Shown in pieces: positions 26,281 through 40,216 of a DNA stretch of 64,000 nucleotides. The notes beneath the pieces were generated by a model. It had not been told where the DNA came from. It saw only the letters and a list, made by a program, of their open reading frames with translations, and ran no database searches. The translations under genes were made by a program, and so were the position numbers. The stretch's first letter is position 1. Each line of letters begins with the position of its first letter. The stretch is taken from positions 15,314,001 to 15,378,000 of the forward strand of contig OX597835.1 in assembly GCA_951406725.2 (NCBI GenBank), read 5' to 3'. Source of the DNA: Octopus vulgaris. Its lineage: Eukaryota.

Positions 26281-28192
26281 AGTTCAGTTATATTTATGAG
26301 AAGAGAACGTTTAACGTTATTGTCAAATGGTCGAGGAATAAAAGACAATTTTATTGTAAAATTGGGACGGTTGTGTGTGTGTGTGTGTGTGTTTGTGCTT
26401 GTGTGTTCGTGCATATAGGTATTGATGTATGTTTGCGTGTGTTTGTGCATGTGTGTCTTTGTGTGTGTTGGCGTATGTATTTTGCTTGTACGTGTATATT
26501 TGTGTATGACACACTCTGTGTGTATTTGTGTGTTTGTGTGCGTGTGTGTATTTGTACGTGTGTGTGTGTATTTGTGTGTGTGTATTGATGTATGTTTGTA
26601 TGTTCGTGCGTGTTGATGTGTATTTATTTGTTTTTGTATTTTGTATTTTGCTTGTGATTGTGTCTGCGTGTGTGTATGTCTGTGTATCTGCGTGCGTGCG
26701 TGTATGTGTGTATGTGTTATACTTTCATTTCTTTATATAGGATTCGGTTCAAGTACACACATCCATAGGTTGTTTATTCCCTCAATATCTCTCCTCGCCT
26801 CACCAAGCAAACCAAAACTTAAGAACATGCTAACCGTGACCTTGTCCACCGAGGATTAAATGACAGAAGCCGTATAGTGAAATCAACGTGGGGAATGAAA
26901 TATCCTTCTTCAAAGTACAGTCGGCAGGATGTAAATAAAAGTAAAATAGGAGAGTTTTACATCTTCTGTGTCTGAAAACCTGGCTGCAACTGATGGGAAA
27001 CGCAAGACAATGACTTACATTTTGTTTTAAAGAATGAATTCATCTTAAGGAACCGAAGAGCTGAGAGATAGTCCTAAATGGGATGGTACTTTAGAAGGAA
27101 TAACATTCCATTGAATAAAAGTGGGGATGACAGGTTGTGTTCACTGCGGAACCAGTTCTACAGAACATATTTTAAGGGGGTCAAAGTTGGCACCCACCTA
27201 GGATTCGATGCAACAGAAAGTGCAGTGATACATAGTAGATGTTAATAGGATGCATATTCCTCAAAGTGAACCCAGTTACAAAATCTTTTAAAATATTACT
27301 AAAGATAACTGCAGAAATAATCTCTTGGATTAGCATTTTGTTAAATTTAATAGCTCTCTGTTCCTCACTCCACTCCGTTCTTTCACTCAGCCTCATAGAT
27401 AATCCCTATTACCAAATTTTTATATACCCAATGAAACTGACTGTAAACATATTTAACTGCACGTACAGTACATCACACGTATATACAAATGTTATTTTAC
27501 GAAGTATAGCTAATCATGTGTCTAAGACTAAGACTATACTTTAGTTGGACTGTTTTCCAATTAGTTTCAGCTTTAAGAAATAAGACTAGTTGAAGAACCC
27601 AAGCAATTTAATTAAAATCGGGTAATATATAGCCAGTTCGTTAATTGCATCAGGTTGGTGTTAATAAGCTTGAGATCTATGGCTTTGCGCATCGAAGGTA
27701 AAGAATCAATACAAATTTAATTACAGCGGGTTCTCAAACATCGTTCACCTCATTTTAAGTCGAATTAAATTCAAAATGGCGCCGGTAGAGATATGCAGAG
27801 GCTTAACTTTGGTGGAGTTAAACGGCACACGGGACCTAGGTGCGCCAAATTGTGTAGGATGTCATTTTATAGGTTCGAGCGTGGGTGTAGCTCTATGGTA
27901 AGAGGTTTGCTCCCCAACTATATGGTTCCGGGTTCAATCCCCAAAATGCATAGCGAATTGGGAGTTTCTTACGCTATAGATCTGGGCCAACCAAAGCCTT
28001 GAGAGTGGATTTGGTAGACGGAAACTGAAAGAAGCTCGATATATAGATATGTATGTGTGTGGGGGGGGGCGTCTTTGTGCCTGTGTTTGTCCCCCACCAC
28101 TGCTTGACAAATAGTGTTGGTGTGTTTACGCCCCCGTAAGTTAGCGTTTCGGCAAAACAGGCCGAAAGAATGATACCAGGTTTTTTTAAAAA

Positions 28193-28611
28193 AGGCGGCG
28201 AGCTGGCAGAATCGTTAGCACACCGGGCGAAATGCTTAGCAGTATTTCGTCTGCCGCTACGTTCTGAGTTCAAATTCCGCCGAGGTCGACTATGCCTTTC
28301 ATCCTTTCGGGGTCGATTAAATACGTACCAGTTACGCACTGGAGGTCGATGTAATCGACTTAATCCGTTTGTCTGTCCTTGTTTGTCCTCTCTGTGTTTA
28401 GCCCCTTGTGGGTAGTAAAAAAAAAAAGGTGTTTCGTTTGCCGTTACATTCTGAGTTCAAACTCCGCCGAGGTCGACTCTGCCTTTCATCCTTTCGGGGG
28501 TCGATTAAATAAGTACCAGTTACACACTGGGGTCGATGCAATCGACTTAATCCGTTTGTCTGTCCTTGTTTGTCCTCTCTGTGTTTAGCCCCTTGTGGGT
28601 AATAAAGAAAT
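28193..28611 (+). mobile_element. SINE B dimer inserted in a SINE C
   Basis: Full head plus a headless second unit; AGGTTTTTT..AAAAAA TSD; host SINE C spans about 27875-28710. Confidence 0.9.
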
Positions 28612-28879
28612 AGGTTTTTTAAAAAAAGCAATAAAACACTGCAGTCGATTCTTCAAGGCGGTGCCCCAGCATGGCCGCAATCCAATGACTGAAACAAGTG
28701 AAAGATACAAGACATATAATACAGGTAATAGAGAAAAACGGAACAAATATCTGAAAGGCAAATGACGTCAAAAAGTTGGTTTTCTTGGTAGGTAACATTC
28801 ACGAAGAAAATGAAAGAACATTTAAGAAATTAAGAATAATAGACTGAAATGAGACAATAAATCTAAATTCTAGAAGATA

Positions 28880-29282
28880 TCTTTATATATAAAAGTGAGG
28901 TTGTGTGAGTGTCTGTCTCCTACGATTTAGATTCCTAACTACTCCCACATTTTGCGGTACAGTTTAACCAAAACCGGGTATCTTATAGTCGTGATTCATA
29001 TCGAGCCCTTCTGGGTATTAGCGCGCGTCTACGATGAGTCTACGATCTAAAAAATATTTACCATCATTTTTTTCCATTTTAATGCATTTTTTTCGCTATT
29101 ATATAAGGGAAGTAACTCTCTAAAAATGTCTACGATGAGTCAACGATTTTTTAAAAAATTTACCATAATTTTTTTTCCATTTTTAATGCATTTTTTTGCT
29201 ATTTTTTTGGCTATAACTCTCTAAAAATGCTTATATAGTTATTTCCCTTACAAACCCGAGCAACGCCGGGCGATACTGCTAG
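28880..29282 (+). mobile_element. Non-autonomous Helitron
   Basis: A|TC start, CCCGAGCAACGCCGGG hairpin, CTAG|T end; same family as 3670-4079, with an internal duplication. Confidence 0.85.
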
Positions 29283-29486
29283 TACAACATAATAGAGAAT
29301 TAAATAGTTGCTATTTAATTGGATTTTCATTCCAGTTCCCAGTTTGACCAAATAAATATTATTTGAGAGAGAACGCGTGGGACAAAAGCGAAACGGATTC
29401 CTTTGATAATTATTAATTGTTCGAAAATAATTAACTGTCATGAGAACGACGGCTAGCACGAGTCAGAGTGATGCTATACATATTCA

Positions 29487-29894
29487 AGCTGGCAGAAACG
29501 TTAGCACGCCGGGCGAAATGCGTTGCCGTATTTCGTCTGCCGTTACGTTCTGAGTTCAAATTCCGCCGAGGTCAACTTTGCCTTTCATCCTTCCGGGGTC
29601 GATAAATTAAGTACCAGTTACGCACTGGGGTCGATGTAATCGACTTAATCCGTTTGTCTGTCCTTGTTTGTCCCCTCTGTGTTTAGCCCCTTGTGGGTAA
29701 TAAAGAAATAGGTATTTCGTCTGCCGTTACGTTGTGAGTTCAAATTCTGCCGAGGTCGACTTTGCCTTTCATCCTTTCGGGGTCGATAAATAAAGTACCA
29801 GTTAAGCACTGGGGTCGATGTAATCGACTTAATACCTATGTCTGTCCTTGTTTGTCCTCTCTGTGTTTAGCCCCTTGTGGGTAGTAAAGAAATA
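29487..29894 (+). mobile_element. SINE B dimer
   Basis: The second unit starts at the junction AAAGAAATAG|GTATTTCGTC (about 29711). Confidence 0.9.
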
Positions 29895-30154
29895 TATATG
29901 ACGTTCCAGTATATTTGAGTTTGTTTGCTGAATTTATAAATACGGTCCTCAAATGCTTTTTAGATTAACTGGTTCGAGGTAGCTTTGGCTGGGGGTGGGG
30001 GACAGAGATATTGAAATACTTGATGTCCCAAAGTTCCTTTTCTCTAATAAGCGAACACACATTCGTCTGAAATCTGCTGTTTTTCAATGACGAAACGCGA
30101 CGACGGTTAACATATTTATGTTCAAATTCTACAACCTCACTGTCTTAATAATCC

Positions 30155-30370
30155 ATTCTACTTATAGGCACAATGCCTGAAATTTGGGGGGAGGGGACCG
30201 GTCGATTACATCGACCTCAGTTTTTTCACTGGTACTTAATTTATCGAGACCCGAAAGAATGAAAGGCAAAGTCGACCTCGGCGGAATTTGAACTCAGAAC
30301 GTAGCGATGGGGGGAAATATCGCAATGCATTTTGCCCAACTTGCTAACGATGCAGCCAGCTCGCCACTTT
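30155..30370 (-). mobile_element. SINE B (alternative tail subfamily)
   Basis: Core and head motifs present; further diverged copies at about 32840-33240, 39505-39710, 40220-40400 and 60160-60500. Confidence 0.8.
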
Positions 30371-30424
30371 TCACCGCCTTAACAATAACAATAATAATAA
30401 TAAATAATAATAAATAATAATAAC

Positions 30425-30490
<66 letters not shown>

Positions 30491-31834
30491 TGCCAAAAAT
30501 CGTATTAACTGGAACGGCTCATGTACTGAGACGAGCATGATCGCTGTGAAAACAACATCCATCCATGAATTTATTTATTTATTAATTTTTAAATACATAT
30601 TTTATCTGTGAATTTGCACGTGTAATCTGGAAATGCATACAATGAGCTTCTCTGCCCTAGGTGTATGGAAAACACTCGGCGAGAAACGGAAGAAAATTTG
30701 AAGAAAGAAGGAAAAAACAATAATAATAATAATAACAGTAATAATAATCCTTTCTACTAAAAGTATAAGGCCTGGAATTTTAGGAGTGGGGACTAGTCTA
30801 TTACATCCACACCAGTTTTTCACAGATACTTATTTTATCGATCTCGAAAGGATGAATGGCTAAGTCGACCTCGACGGAATAATAATAATAATAATAATAA
30901 TAATGTCTAATGTTGGCACAACGCCAGAAATAGATTGGTTGGAGTTGAACTGTGTAACAGTTGATAGTCACCAAGGTACTACCAACGGTAGAATTGAACT
31001 CGAGAGCACATGGTTTCGAAGCAGACTTCTTAACCACACAGCCACGTCTTTCTAAATAACCTACCTTTTCTTTAAAAATCAATTTACTTCTCTTTTGTTT
31101 AAGTTTAAATAAAATAAATACAATTGTATTTTGCTCGAATTAAAATAATTATTTTTCTTTTTTTTTTTCCAAGAATTCAAAAATGTTTCAGGTACCATTC
31201 TTCCTTTTATAACTTTGGCCAATTGTTGAAATCATTAGTATAAAATAACTATTGAAAATTTTGGTATTTAACACTTCTAATGCTAGTAGATATTTCTATC
31301 ATATATTTATGTGAGGTGGGAATTTTTCACCATTTTCCTTTCTGTCGTTTTCTGTTTTGGTTTTGGTTTTTTGGTTTTTTGCCTTTACCATTTTCTTTTT
31401 CTTTTAGCCTGTTCGATATTTTCCACGTTCATCATATATTGTTACTGTTTTAATATTCCAATAGGTTTTGTGTAAAAACTGAGTATCAAAAACCCACCGG
31501 AGGTAAAAAAAAATAACGAATAATATGAAAATCCTAGAATACGTTTCACAAAAACTGATATGCGTTTATATGTAAAGATAGATAAATAGAGAGAGAGAGA
31601 GTGAGAGAGAGAGAGAATGAGAGAGAGAGAGAGAGAGAGGAAGAGCAGCAGCAGGGGAATCGCATCTATAGACATTTGATTATATATTTTATATAGTCAT
31701 ATGTTTACATACATGTGTGTGTATTTACATATATGTATATATGTGTGTGTATATATATATATTATATTTATGCTTGTGTTTTATATATATCTGTATTTCT
31801 CTCTCTCTCTATATATATATATATACACACATAT

Positions 31835-31880
<46 letters not shown>

Positions 31881-31971
31881 TATACATATATATATACATA
31901 TATATACATATATATATACATATATATACATATATATATACACATATATATACACATATATATATATACAC

Positions 31972-32030
<59 letters not shown>

Positions 32031-32057
32031 CATATATATACATATATACATATATAT

Positions 32058-32088
<31 letters not shown>

Positions 32089-32416
32089 CCTACATACATA
32101 TATATATATATATATATACCTACATACATATAAATATATATATATATATATATATAATATGTGTATGCATGTGTGTGTCGTAGACTGTTGTGTATACACA
32201 TATATGTTTGTGCATATGGAATGATTTCGATTATTTTACACTATGGACGCCGTCTATTGATTTACCCTGGGTCAATCAACCATTGCACAGTATTGCTATC
32301 GAACTGCAGCAATGCTGATAGACTAAATTTTACAATGATTTTGAATTTAAATTACTTTAGAAGCTTTCTAGATACACCACAACATTCTTATGGATATACA
32401 TACATAATATATATAC

Positions 32417-32544
<128 letters not shown>

Positions 32545-34505
32545 CGCTATGAAACTAACTGAACACAATAAAACAATAATTCTGTGACTGTTTCTATACA
32601 ACTGCTTCGAATTCGAAGCTCAATGGAATCTGTGCTGAAATCAATATTGAACTTTCTGTTCCGATATTACACACAGACACGCACGACCATGAACAAAAAC
32701 ACACACACACGTCCATACACACAGGCAGACCTGTGCATACAGACAAGTTTTTGTTTTGTTTTGATTTATTTGGGTTTTTCTTTTTTTTCATACCTTTGCC
32801 CCTCCTCTTCAAATTTCTATACGCTAATTCTTTCTAATTTTGGTACAAAGCCGGCTGTTTTAAAGGAAAGTGGATAGTCAATGACATCGACCCCCACTGG
32901 TACTTATTTTATCGAATGAAAGGTTAAATCCAAACTCGGCGCCATTTTAACTCAGAACATAAAGCCGGAAGAAATGACGTTAAACAGTTTGTCCGGCACA
33001 CTCTACAATTCTGCCAGCTCGCCGCTTTAAATCTCTCTATATAAAAATTCTAATTCTAGCACAAGGCCTGAAATTTTGGGGTAGGGAACACGTGGATTTA
33101 CATAGACTCAAGTGCTCGACTGATACTCATTTGATCGACCCCGAAAGGGATAAAAAGCAAAGTTGACTTCAGCGGAATTTGAACTCAGAACGTATAGACT
33201 GTAGACGGACGAAATGCCCGGCGTGCTAACGATTCTGCCAGCTTTAAATCTCTCTATTATAAAAGCCTATATAAATGCTGGTTGGTTGCTGGCGCTAGTC
33301 ACGCTTTGTAGCGTATACAGAGATGAGAGAAAGAGACAGAGAGACCGAAAAAGAGTTACAGAGAGAGAAAGAGAGAGGGGGAGTCAGTATAAGCGGTGAG
33401 GGATGAGTGCACATAGTTGGCTTCGCGAAAGGCAATGAGTAAAGGAACGCAACACGTACACATACAGTGAAAGAGAGTCATACAGACGGAGGAGGAGGAG
33501 GAGGAGGAGGAGGAGGATTTATGAGATGATTAGTACAAATTAGTAATAAGGAGGATTTGTTTTCTGTAGACAAACTACAACAGCGATTAGCATATTCCCG
33601 TTCGAATCTGCAGGAACCTGTTTAAAATGAATATCTACGTCACCGTTTTGTTCTTTTCAATTTTATTTTAAGGTAATAAATATTTTTCTTTTCTTTTTGA
33701 AAATTAGAATTCATTTCATCATTTTGTATAAGCAAGAAGAGATTTGATAAAAAACTTTAATCATAATTTATTCTATGTATGCCATATCTTCTGATATTAC
33801 TCATGATGACAAAAGTATACTTTCGAAGCTACCCGTCATATTAGAGATAAATACACAGACGCACTCGGGTGTGGTCTTCTTCTTCTTCTTCTTCTTCCAA
33901 TCAGGACTCACGTCATTAGCCACAAAGAGTAATCTCTAATTCGAGCCTACTCTAAGCTATTAAGAGTGCGTGTGGAAACTTGAAGATCCACCCATGTTGT
34001 CCGGACTTGTGCCTCGGAGTGGAACTTTCTTGGTGCAGTCCCATAGTCATTCATGACCAAAGGGGGGTCTTCACCCCTTTAATACTGAAACATTGTTACT
34101 GTTATACCGGAATTTACCCAGCGCTACTTAAAAAGAAAACCCAAACAAACAAACTAGTATGAATTATTTTCAACACGAATAGCAATCGGGTTGTGGCGAA
34201 TTACTCTCTTGTAACGACCAACTCTGGTTTGAAAATCGACACGGGTGACGAGAAGCAGGAGGTTAAATTGGATACTGAAATTGCAGGTACTGACTCGATA
34301 ATGTACCAGTTCCAGTGTTCGATCCCCAGAAGAGGAAAAGTTGTTAAATGAAAATGCCAAACTCGCTATCTTCAAATTGGTTTCCGTGCTTATCCTCATC
34401 TGTAGTTAAGAATGTTGGATAATAACTAAAAGAGTTACGGAGATGTACTTGCATAGCAAGTGATTTGATCAGAGATCGTGTGCTGGAACGAAAACAATTG
34501 CAGCG

Positions 34506-34640
34506 TGGAAGGTGTTTGTAAGCCATTTAAGAAACACACAAAAGCCGTTCGATTCACTTCAACATTTAAGTTTAATTTGTCAAAATATTTTCGTCGAACG
34601 GCTTTTGTGTGTTTCTTAAATGGTTTACAAACACCTTCCA
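34506..34640. repeat. Inverted repeat, 47-bp arms and 41-nt loop
   Basis: TGGAAGGTGTTTGTAAGCC..GTTCGA / TCGAAC..TTACAAACACCTTCCA, one mismatch. Confidence 0.9.
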
Positions 34641-34659
34641 GACTAAAAGAGTATAATCG

Positions 34660-35030
34660 CGAATGCAAGCGTCTGAAATGAGGTTTCTCCGACGGATCTT
34701 TGGATTAACGTTACTGACCAAGGTGCATAGCTCGGATATCTGGAAATCTCTCCAAATCGAGCTGATACTTCACCGCTTTTAAGAGATCACAGCTCCGGTA
34801 CTATGAACATGTGATTATAATGTCGCAGGTAAAAAGAAAATTCGCAAGATGGCTTCTTCAAACCGAGTCAATCGACAGGAGGTGTCGAAGTAGACCAGAA
34901 ATGAGATGATTAGATAATATCCGTAGCTTCTGTTAGTGGAGCTTGGTAATCCAGCCGGAAAGTAGGACAGTTGCTTCTGATAGGACACTGTGAAGAAGTG
35001 CATGAGGACTTTATGTCCACGACTCATCCA
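34660..35030 (+). pseudogene. Decayed RTE-clade LINE, 3' part
   Basis: QASEMRFLRRIFGLTLL..RSQLRYYEHV and a downstream (W)LDNI-like segment; contains frameshifts. Confidence 0.75.
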
Positions 35031-35606
35031 GAAATAGGGAGCAGAGAAGATGAACGGATTAACGGATAATCGGAGGAAAGGAGGGATGGAGGGATGGATA
35101 TGAGCAGCAATAAGAGAAGATTATTCCTAAAAGAATGCTCCAGTGAAAGTCTGGTTTTAACCAACATAGATTATGAAGAATAACGAGAGCAGAAAGCAGG
35201 ACACCACTGTTGGAAAAATTCCCAAACGTTATGAAACATAATCAAGAAGAGACGAAGATGTCGTGGCGAAAGGAGATGATTGCTCAAATAGCTTTTTCTT
35301 ATTGAAACAATAAAATAAACAGCAGAACTGGAATTATATTCCACTTCTGAATTGCATAATTTTAGAAATTTCCAAATACAAAATGATTTGAAAGTTTCAG
35401 TATTTTTCGTTGTCTGTTTCTACAAAAGTAATTTGAGAACGTACAAATTACTACAACAATATTTTTCCCTGTCTGTGTCGAAATAAAAATATACGAAAAC
35501 GTAATTACATACATACAGACATATATATTAATGTAAATATATATGAATGTATATATATGTACGAATGTAAAAACATGTATATGTATTTATATATATACAC
35601 ACACAC

Positions 35607-35688
<82 letters not shown>

Positions 35689-35707
35689 GTGTGTGTGTGT
35701 GTGTATG

Positions 35708-35774
<67 letters not shown>

Positions 35775-35777
35775 ATG

Positions 35778-35850
<73 letters not shown>

Positions 35851-36439
35851 CTATGAGATCATCTGTCAGTTTTGTATCTGATTTTTATTACATCAGAATT
35901 TAGAAATGTTATTATATATTTTTATGTTGTAATCATTAAAACCAATTCGATATGGCATATCTCTAAAAATTATTCAAAGCTGTCGATTTAATGTAGCGTA
36001 AATTTAAGAAGAAGAAGAAAAATTCAACACTTGCGTCACTTTGGAATAATTTGGGTAAAAATTCGTACAATTACTAGTCGTAAATCGCTTTAGAAATTTG
36101 GCTGTAATATATTTTAAAATGTTGCAAATGTATGTAAGACTGCCATCACTTATTCTAGCCATAGTTTCTTTTTCTATGTTGTAATTTTAAAATCTACATG
36201 TGTACAATGACAAACACATATAGACTCACCTCACCGTATATTTATATATGGTTTGTTTCCTGCTTCCATATACAAACATAGCCCGATGGTTATGACGTTC
36301 GCTTTATCAGTATAGTGATCCCGGGTTCGATAGCATCTTGCACAACTGAGAGTTAATTTTTTTTTTTTTCTCACTATCCCCGTGGTGATCCGAGCTTTTT
36401 GACTGAAATAAGTAAATGTAAAATATAGTTACCTATCGT

Positions 36440-36982
36440 TGTAGGAGTGACTGTGTAGTATAAAGTAGCTTGCTTACGAACTACATAGTTCCGGGTTCAG
36501 TCCCACTGCGTGGCACCTTGGGCAAGTGTCTTCTACTATAGCCTCGGGCTAACCAAAGCTTTGTGAGTGGATTTGGTAGACGGAAACTGAAAGAAGCCCG
36601 TCGTATATATATATGTGTGTGTGTGTTTGTATGTCTGTATTTGCCCCCCCAAAAAAAAAATTGCTTTGTGAGTGGATTTGGTAGACGGAAACTGAAAGAA
36701 GCCTGTCGTATATATGTATATATATATATGTCTGTGTGTTTGTGTGTCTGTGTTTGTCCCCCTAGCATTGCTTGACAACCAATGCTGGTGTGTTTACGTC
36801 CCCATAACTTAGCGGTTCGGCAAAAGTGACCGATCGAATAAGAACTAGGCATACAAAGAATAAGTCCTGGGTCAATGTGCTCGACTAAAGGCGGTGCCAC
36901 AGTCATTGCCCAAGGTGCCGCGCAGTGGGACTGAACCCAGAACCATGTGGTTGGTAAGCAAGCTACTTACCATACAGCCACA
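36440..36982 (+). mobile_element. SINE family C with internal duplication and an inverted head fragment
   Basis: The TTGTGAGTGGATTTGG..GAAGCC segment is duplicated; minus-strand head at 36905-36982. Confidence 0.85.
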
Positions 36983-37385
36983 TATATCAGACAATGCTTC
37001 ATGCAAAGTATACTACTCGATAAAAAAAATAATCTATTTAAATAACAGTCAACGCATGTGATATAGATCTTTGTTACAAAAACGTAATGATATGAGTAAT
37101 TTTCTTATACGCAACAAAGGAAACAGTCTGTTCCATAATGCTCGACACGCCACGACAAGACGTGTTTTAAAATAATTAACTTTCAGAAAATAGAGTACAG
37201 AAAAAAAAAAATTAATAATTCTGAAAATCTTTCGGTGAGATAAATGTTGGATGTTTATTTTATAATATAACACAGATTCGAAAAAACGTGATTTTTCGGT
37301 ACGTGAAGTTCGGGTTTTTTGAAAGTGGAGGAGCGTAGCATAGGCTGTGTTTTGCGATTTGACTACACTGCAGTAAGTCGTATGT

Positions 37386-37773
37386 GGAGGCGCAATGGCC
37401 CAGTGGTTAGGGCAGCGGACTCACGGTCGTAGGATCGCGGTTTCGATTCCCAGACCGGGCGTTGTGAGTGTTTATTGAGCGAAAACACCTAAATAGCTCC
37501 ACGAGGCTCCGGCAGGGGATGGTGGTGATCCCTGCTGTACTCTTTCACCACAACTTTCTCTCACTCTTACTTCCTGTTTCTGTTGTACCTGTATTTCAAA
37601 GGGCCGGCTTTGTCATTCTCTGTGTCACGCTGAATATCCCCGAGAACTACGTTAAGGGTTACACGTGTCTGTGGAGTGCTCAGCCACTTACACGTTAATT
37701 TCACGAGCAGGCTGTTCCGTTGATTCGGATCAACCGGAACCCTCGTCGTCGTAACCGACGGAGTGCTTCCATC
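37386..37773 (+). mobile_element. SINE family A, full length
   Basis: 13-bp TSD CAGTAAGTCGTAT; near-identical to 516-897. Confidence 0.9.
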
Positions 37774-37958
37774 CAGTAAGTCGTATCTGGGGAGAACAAT
37801 ATCGCCCGTTTTAAAAGGGTTAATAAATTTTTCGTAACTATGTTTAAGGTTTCAAAAAAGAATGGAAAACGAAATTTAGTGTGATAAGAACAATAATCGG
37901 ATTATGATGGTAAGTTTCAGAAAATTTTCTATGGTATCTTCAAAACCAACAGCAATAT

Positions 37959-38035
<77 letters not shown>

Positions 38036-38111
38036 ATATCAGGGAATAAATCCAAAATTACAGGGAAAAAAAATCAGATTTAGGATTAAATCCAATTTTA
38101 TAGTAAAATAT

Positions 38112-38443
38112 TATATAATATTAATTCGAGACAAAACTACTATTTTGCAAATCAAACAAGGAAAGACTTAATCAATACATAAAAAATTTTAATTTAAAGT
38201 AAATAAATCGCCACTACAATTGTTTCATGTCTTCAAATGACATTCGTCAGGTGGATTTCCGATCTTCTAGTCAGTTTTAATTTCACGAGCAGGCTGACTA
38301 GAAGATCGGAAATCCACCTGACGAATGTCATTTGAAGACATGAAACAATTGTAGTGGCGATTTATTTACTTTATATTAAAATTTTTTATGTATTGATTAA
38401 GTCTTTCCTTGTTTGATTTGCAAAATAGTGGTTTTGTCTCGAA

Positions 38444-38456
<13 letters not shown>
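38112..38456. mobile_element. Penelope-like pLTR fold-back (163-bp arms)
   Basis: Arms 38112-38274 and 38294-38456 with about 2 mismatches, flanked by (TA)n; the left arm extends further, to about 38025. Confidence 0.8.
38314..38357 (+). ncRNA. Minimal type I hammerhead ribozyme motif (mirror copy at 38211-38254, minus)
   Basis: Stem I CCAC/GTGG, core CTGACGA, stem II ATGTC/GACAT, GAAA, palindromic stem III ACAATTGT, cleavage triplet GTA. Confidence 0.8.
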
Positions 38457-38492
<36 letters not shown>

Positions 38493-39719
38493 TCAAGTTT
38501 CAATGCTAGAAAAAAAAATCTGCAATTTTTGTAACGGGAAATGCTTGAAGCTTTTATTCTGATTGTTGGAGGATTGTTGGAGAATGTGTGTGGCCTAACA
38601 GTTAAAGGTGTTTTAGAGGTGTTCGGTTCGCGATCGTAAGTTCGTGGGTTCAATTGACGGATCACCGAGGCTATAGTAGAAAACACTTGCCCAAGGTGCC
38701 ACGCAGTGGGACTGAACCCGGAACTATGTAGTTAGTAAGCAAGCTACTTTACCACACAGTCACTCCTACGACGATAGGTAACTATATTTTACATTTACTT
38801 ATTTCAGTCAAAAAGCTCGGATCACCTCCGAGCAAGGCACATCATTTCACGTTGTTCCAGTCTACTCATCTGCATTTGAGTACCAACTGAGTGCTGCTGC
38901 AACTCACCTCTCTCTCTCCAGCAGTCACAGACAATATGTCCCTCAACATCAAGGGCGACAAGGAGCAAGGTGTTTCTTTAACTACTGGCGATTTCATAAG
39001 CACCTATAACCATTTCTGAAAACATAAGGGGTTATCAAGTCAAATTGGCTCGCGAGTGAGGGCTGGCTGTACTTGTAGTCAGAGGACGAGGGCCAACATC
39101 GATTACCTTTTTTTTTCAGAGCATCTGGAAGAGATGGAAGTGAGGAAAATGTGCATAAAGCAGAAACCATAAAAAAATCCTCTTCCCGGGTGACAATGAC
39201 TTATATGTCAGATTGTTGCACAAGTTTTAGCTGTTTTGATAAGGGAAATCGGAAAGGTTTGAAATGAGTTCATCGGCATTTACTTGTACCAAAGAGCACT
39301 CTCTCCATAGACAACACGCTGATCTCATAAGTGTCGCGTGGTGGAATAAACGCTTTCAATTACCAAACTTTCAATTCATTATTTCGTTTTTTTTTTTGCA
39401 TTTCAGTTTGAACGTCTGTATTCCCAACTGCGTACAAGCGTATATGTAAAACGACGTCCTATATTTTTTAATCATTATCTGCTGATATCAAAATAAGTAG
39501 TATATTCTTTTCTACTCTAGGCACAAAATTTTGGGGGAGGAGGCCAGTCGGTTAGATCGACCCCAGTACGCTACTGGTACTTAATTTATCGATCCCGAAA
39601 GAATGAAAAGCAAAGTCGACTTTGGTGGAATTTTAACTCAGAACGTAAAGACAGACGAAATATCGCTAAAGATTTCGCCCGGCGTGCTAACGATTCTGCC
39701 AGCTCGCTTCATTAAACAA

Positions 39720-40108
39720 TCTTTTCTACCCGAGGCACAAGGGCCGAAATTTTGTGGGAGGGGACTAGTCGATTAGATCGATCCCACTACGCTACTGGTA
39801 TTTAATTTATCGACCCTGAAAGAATGAAAGGCAAAGTCGACCTCGGCGGGATTTGAACTCAGAACGGAAAAAAAGACGAAATATCTATTTCTTTACTACC
39901 CACAGGGGGCTAAACACAGAGAGGACAAACAAGCACAGACAAATGGATTAAATCGATTATATCGACCCCAATGCGTAACTGGTACTAATTTAATCGACCC
40001 CGAAAGGATGGAAGGCAAAGTCGACCTCGGCAGAATTTGAACTCAAAACGTAAAGACAGACGAAATACAGCTAAGCATTTCGCCCGGCGGGCTAACGATT
40101 CTGCCATC
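39720..40108 (-). mobile_element. SINE B dimer
   Basis: Junction GACGAAATATCTATTTCTTT at about 39875-39894. Confidence 0.85.
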
Positions 40109-40115
40109 TTACGTT

Positions 40116-40216
<101 letters not shown>

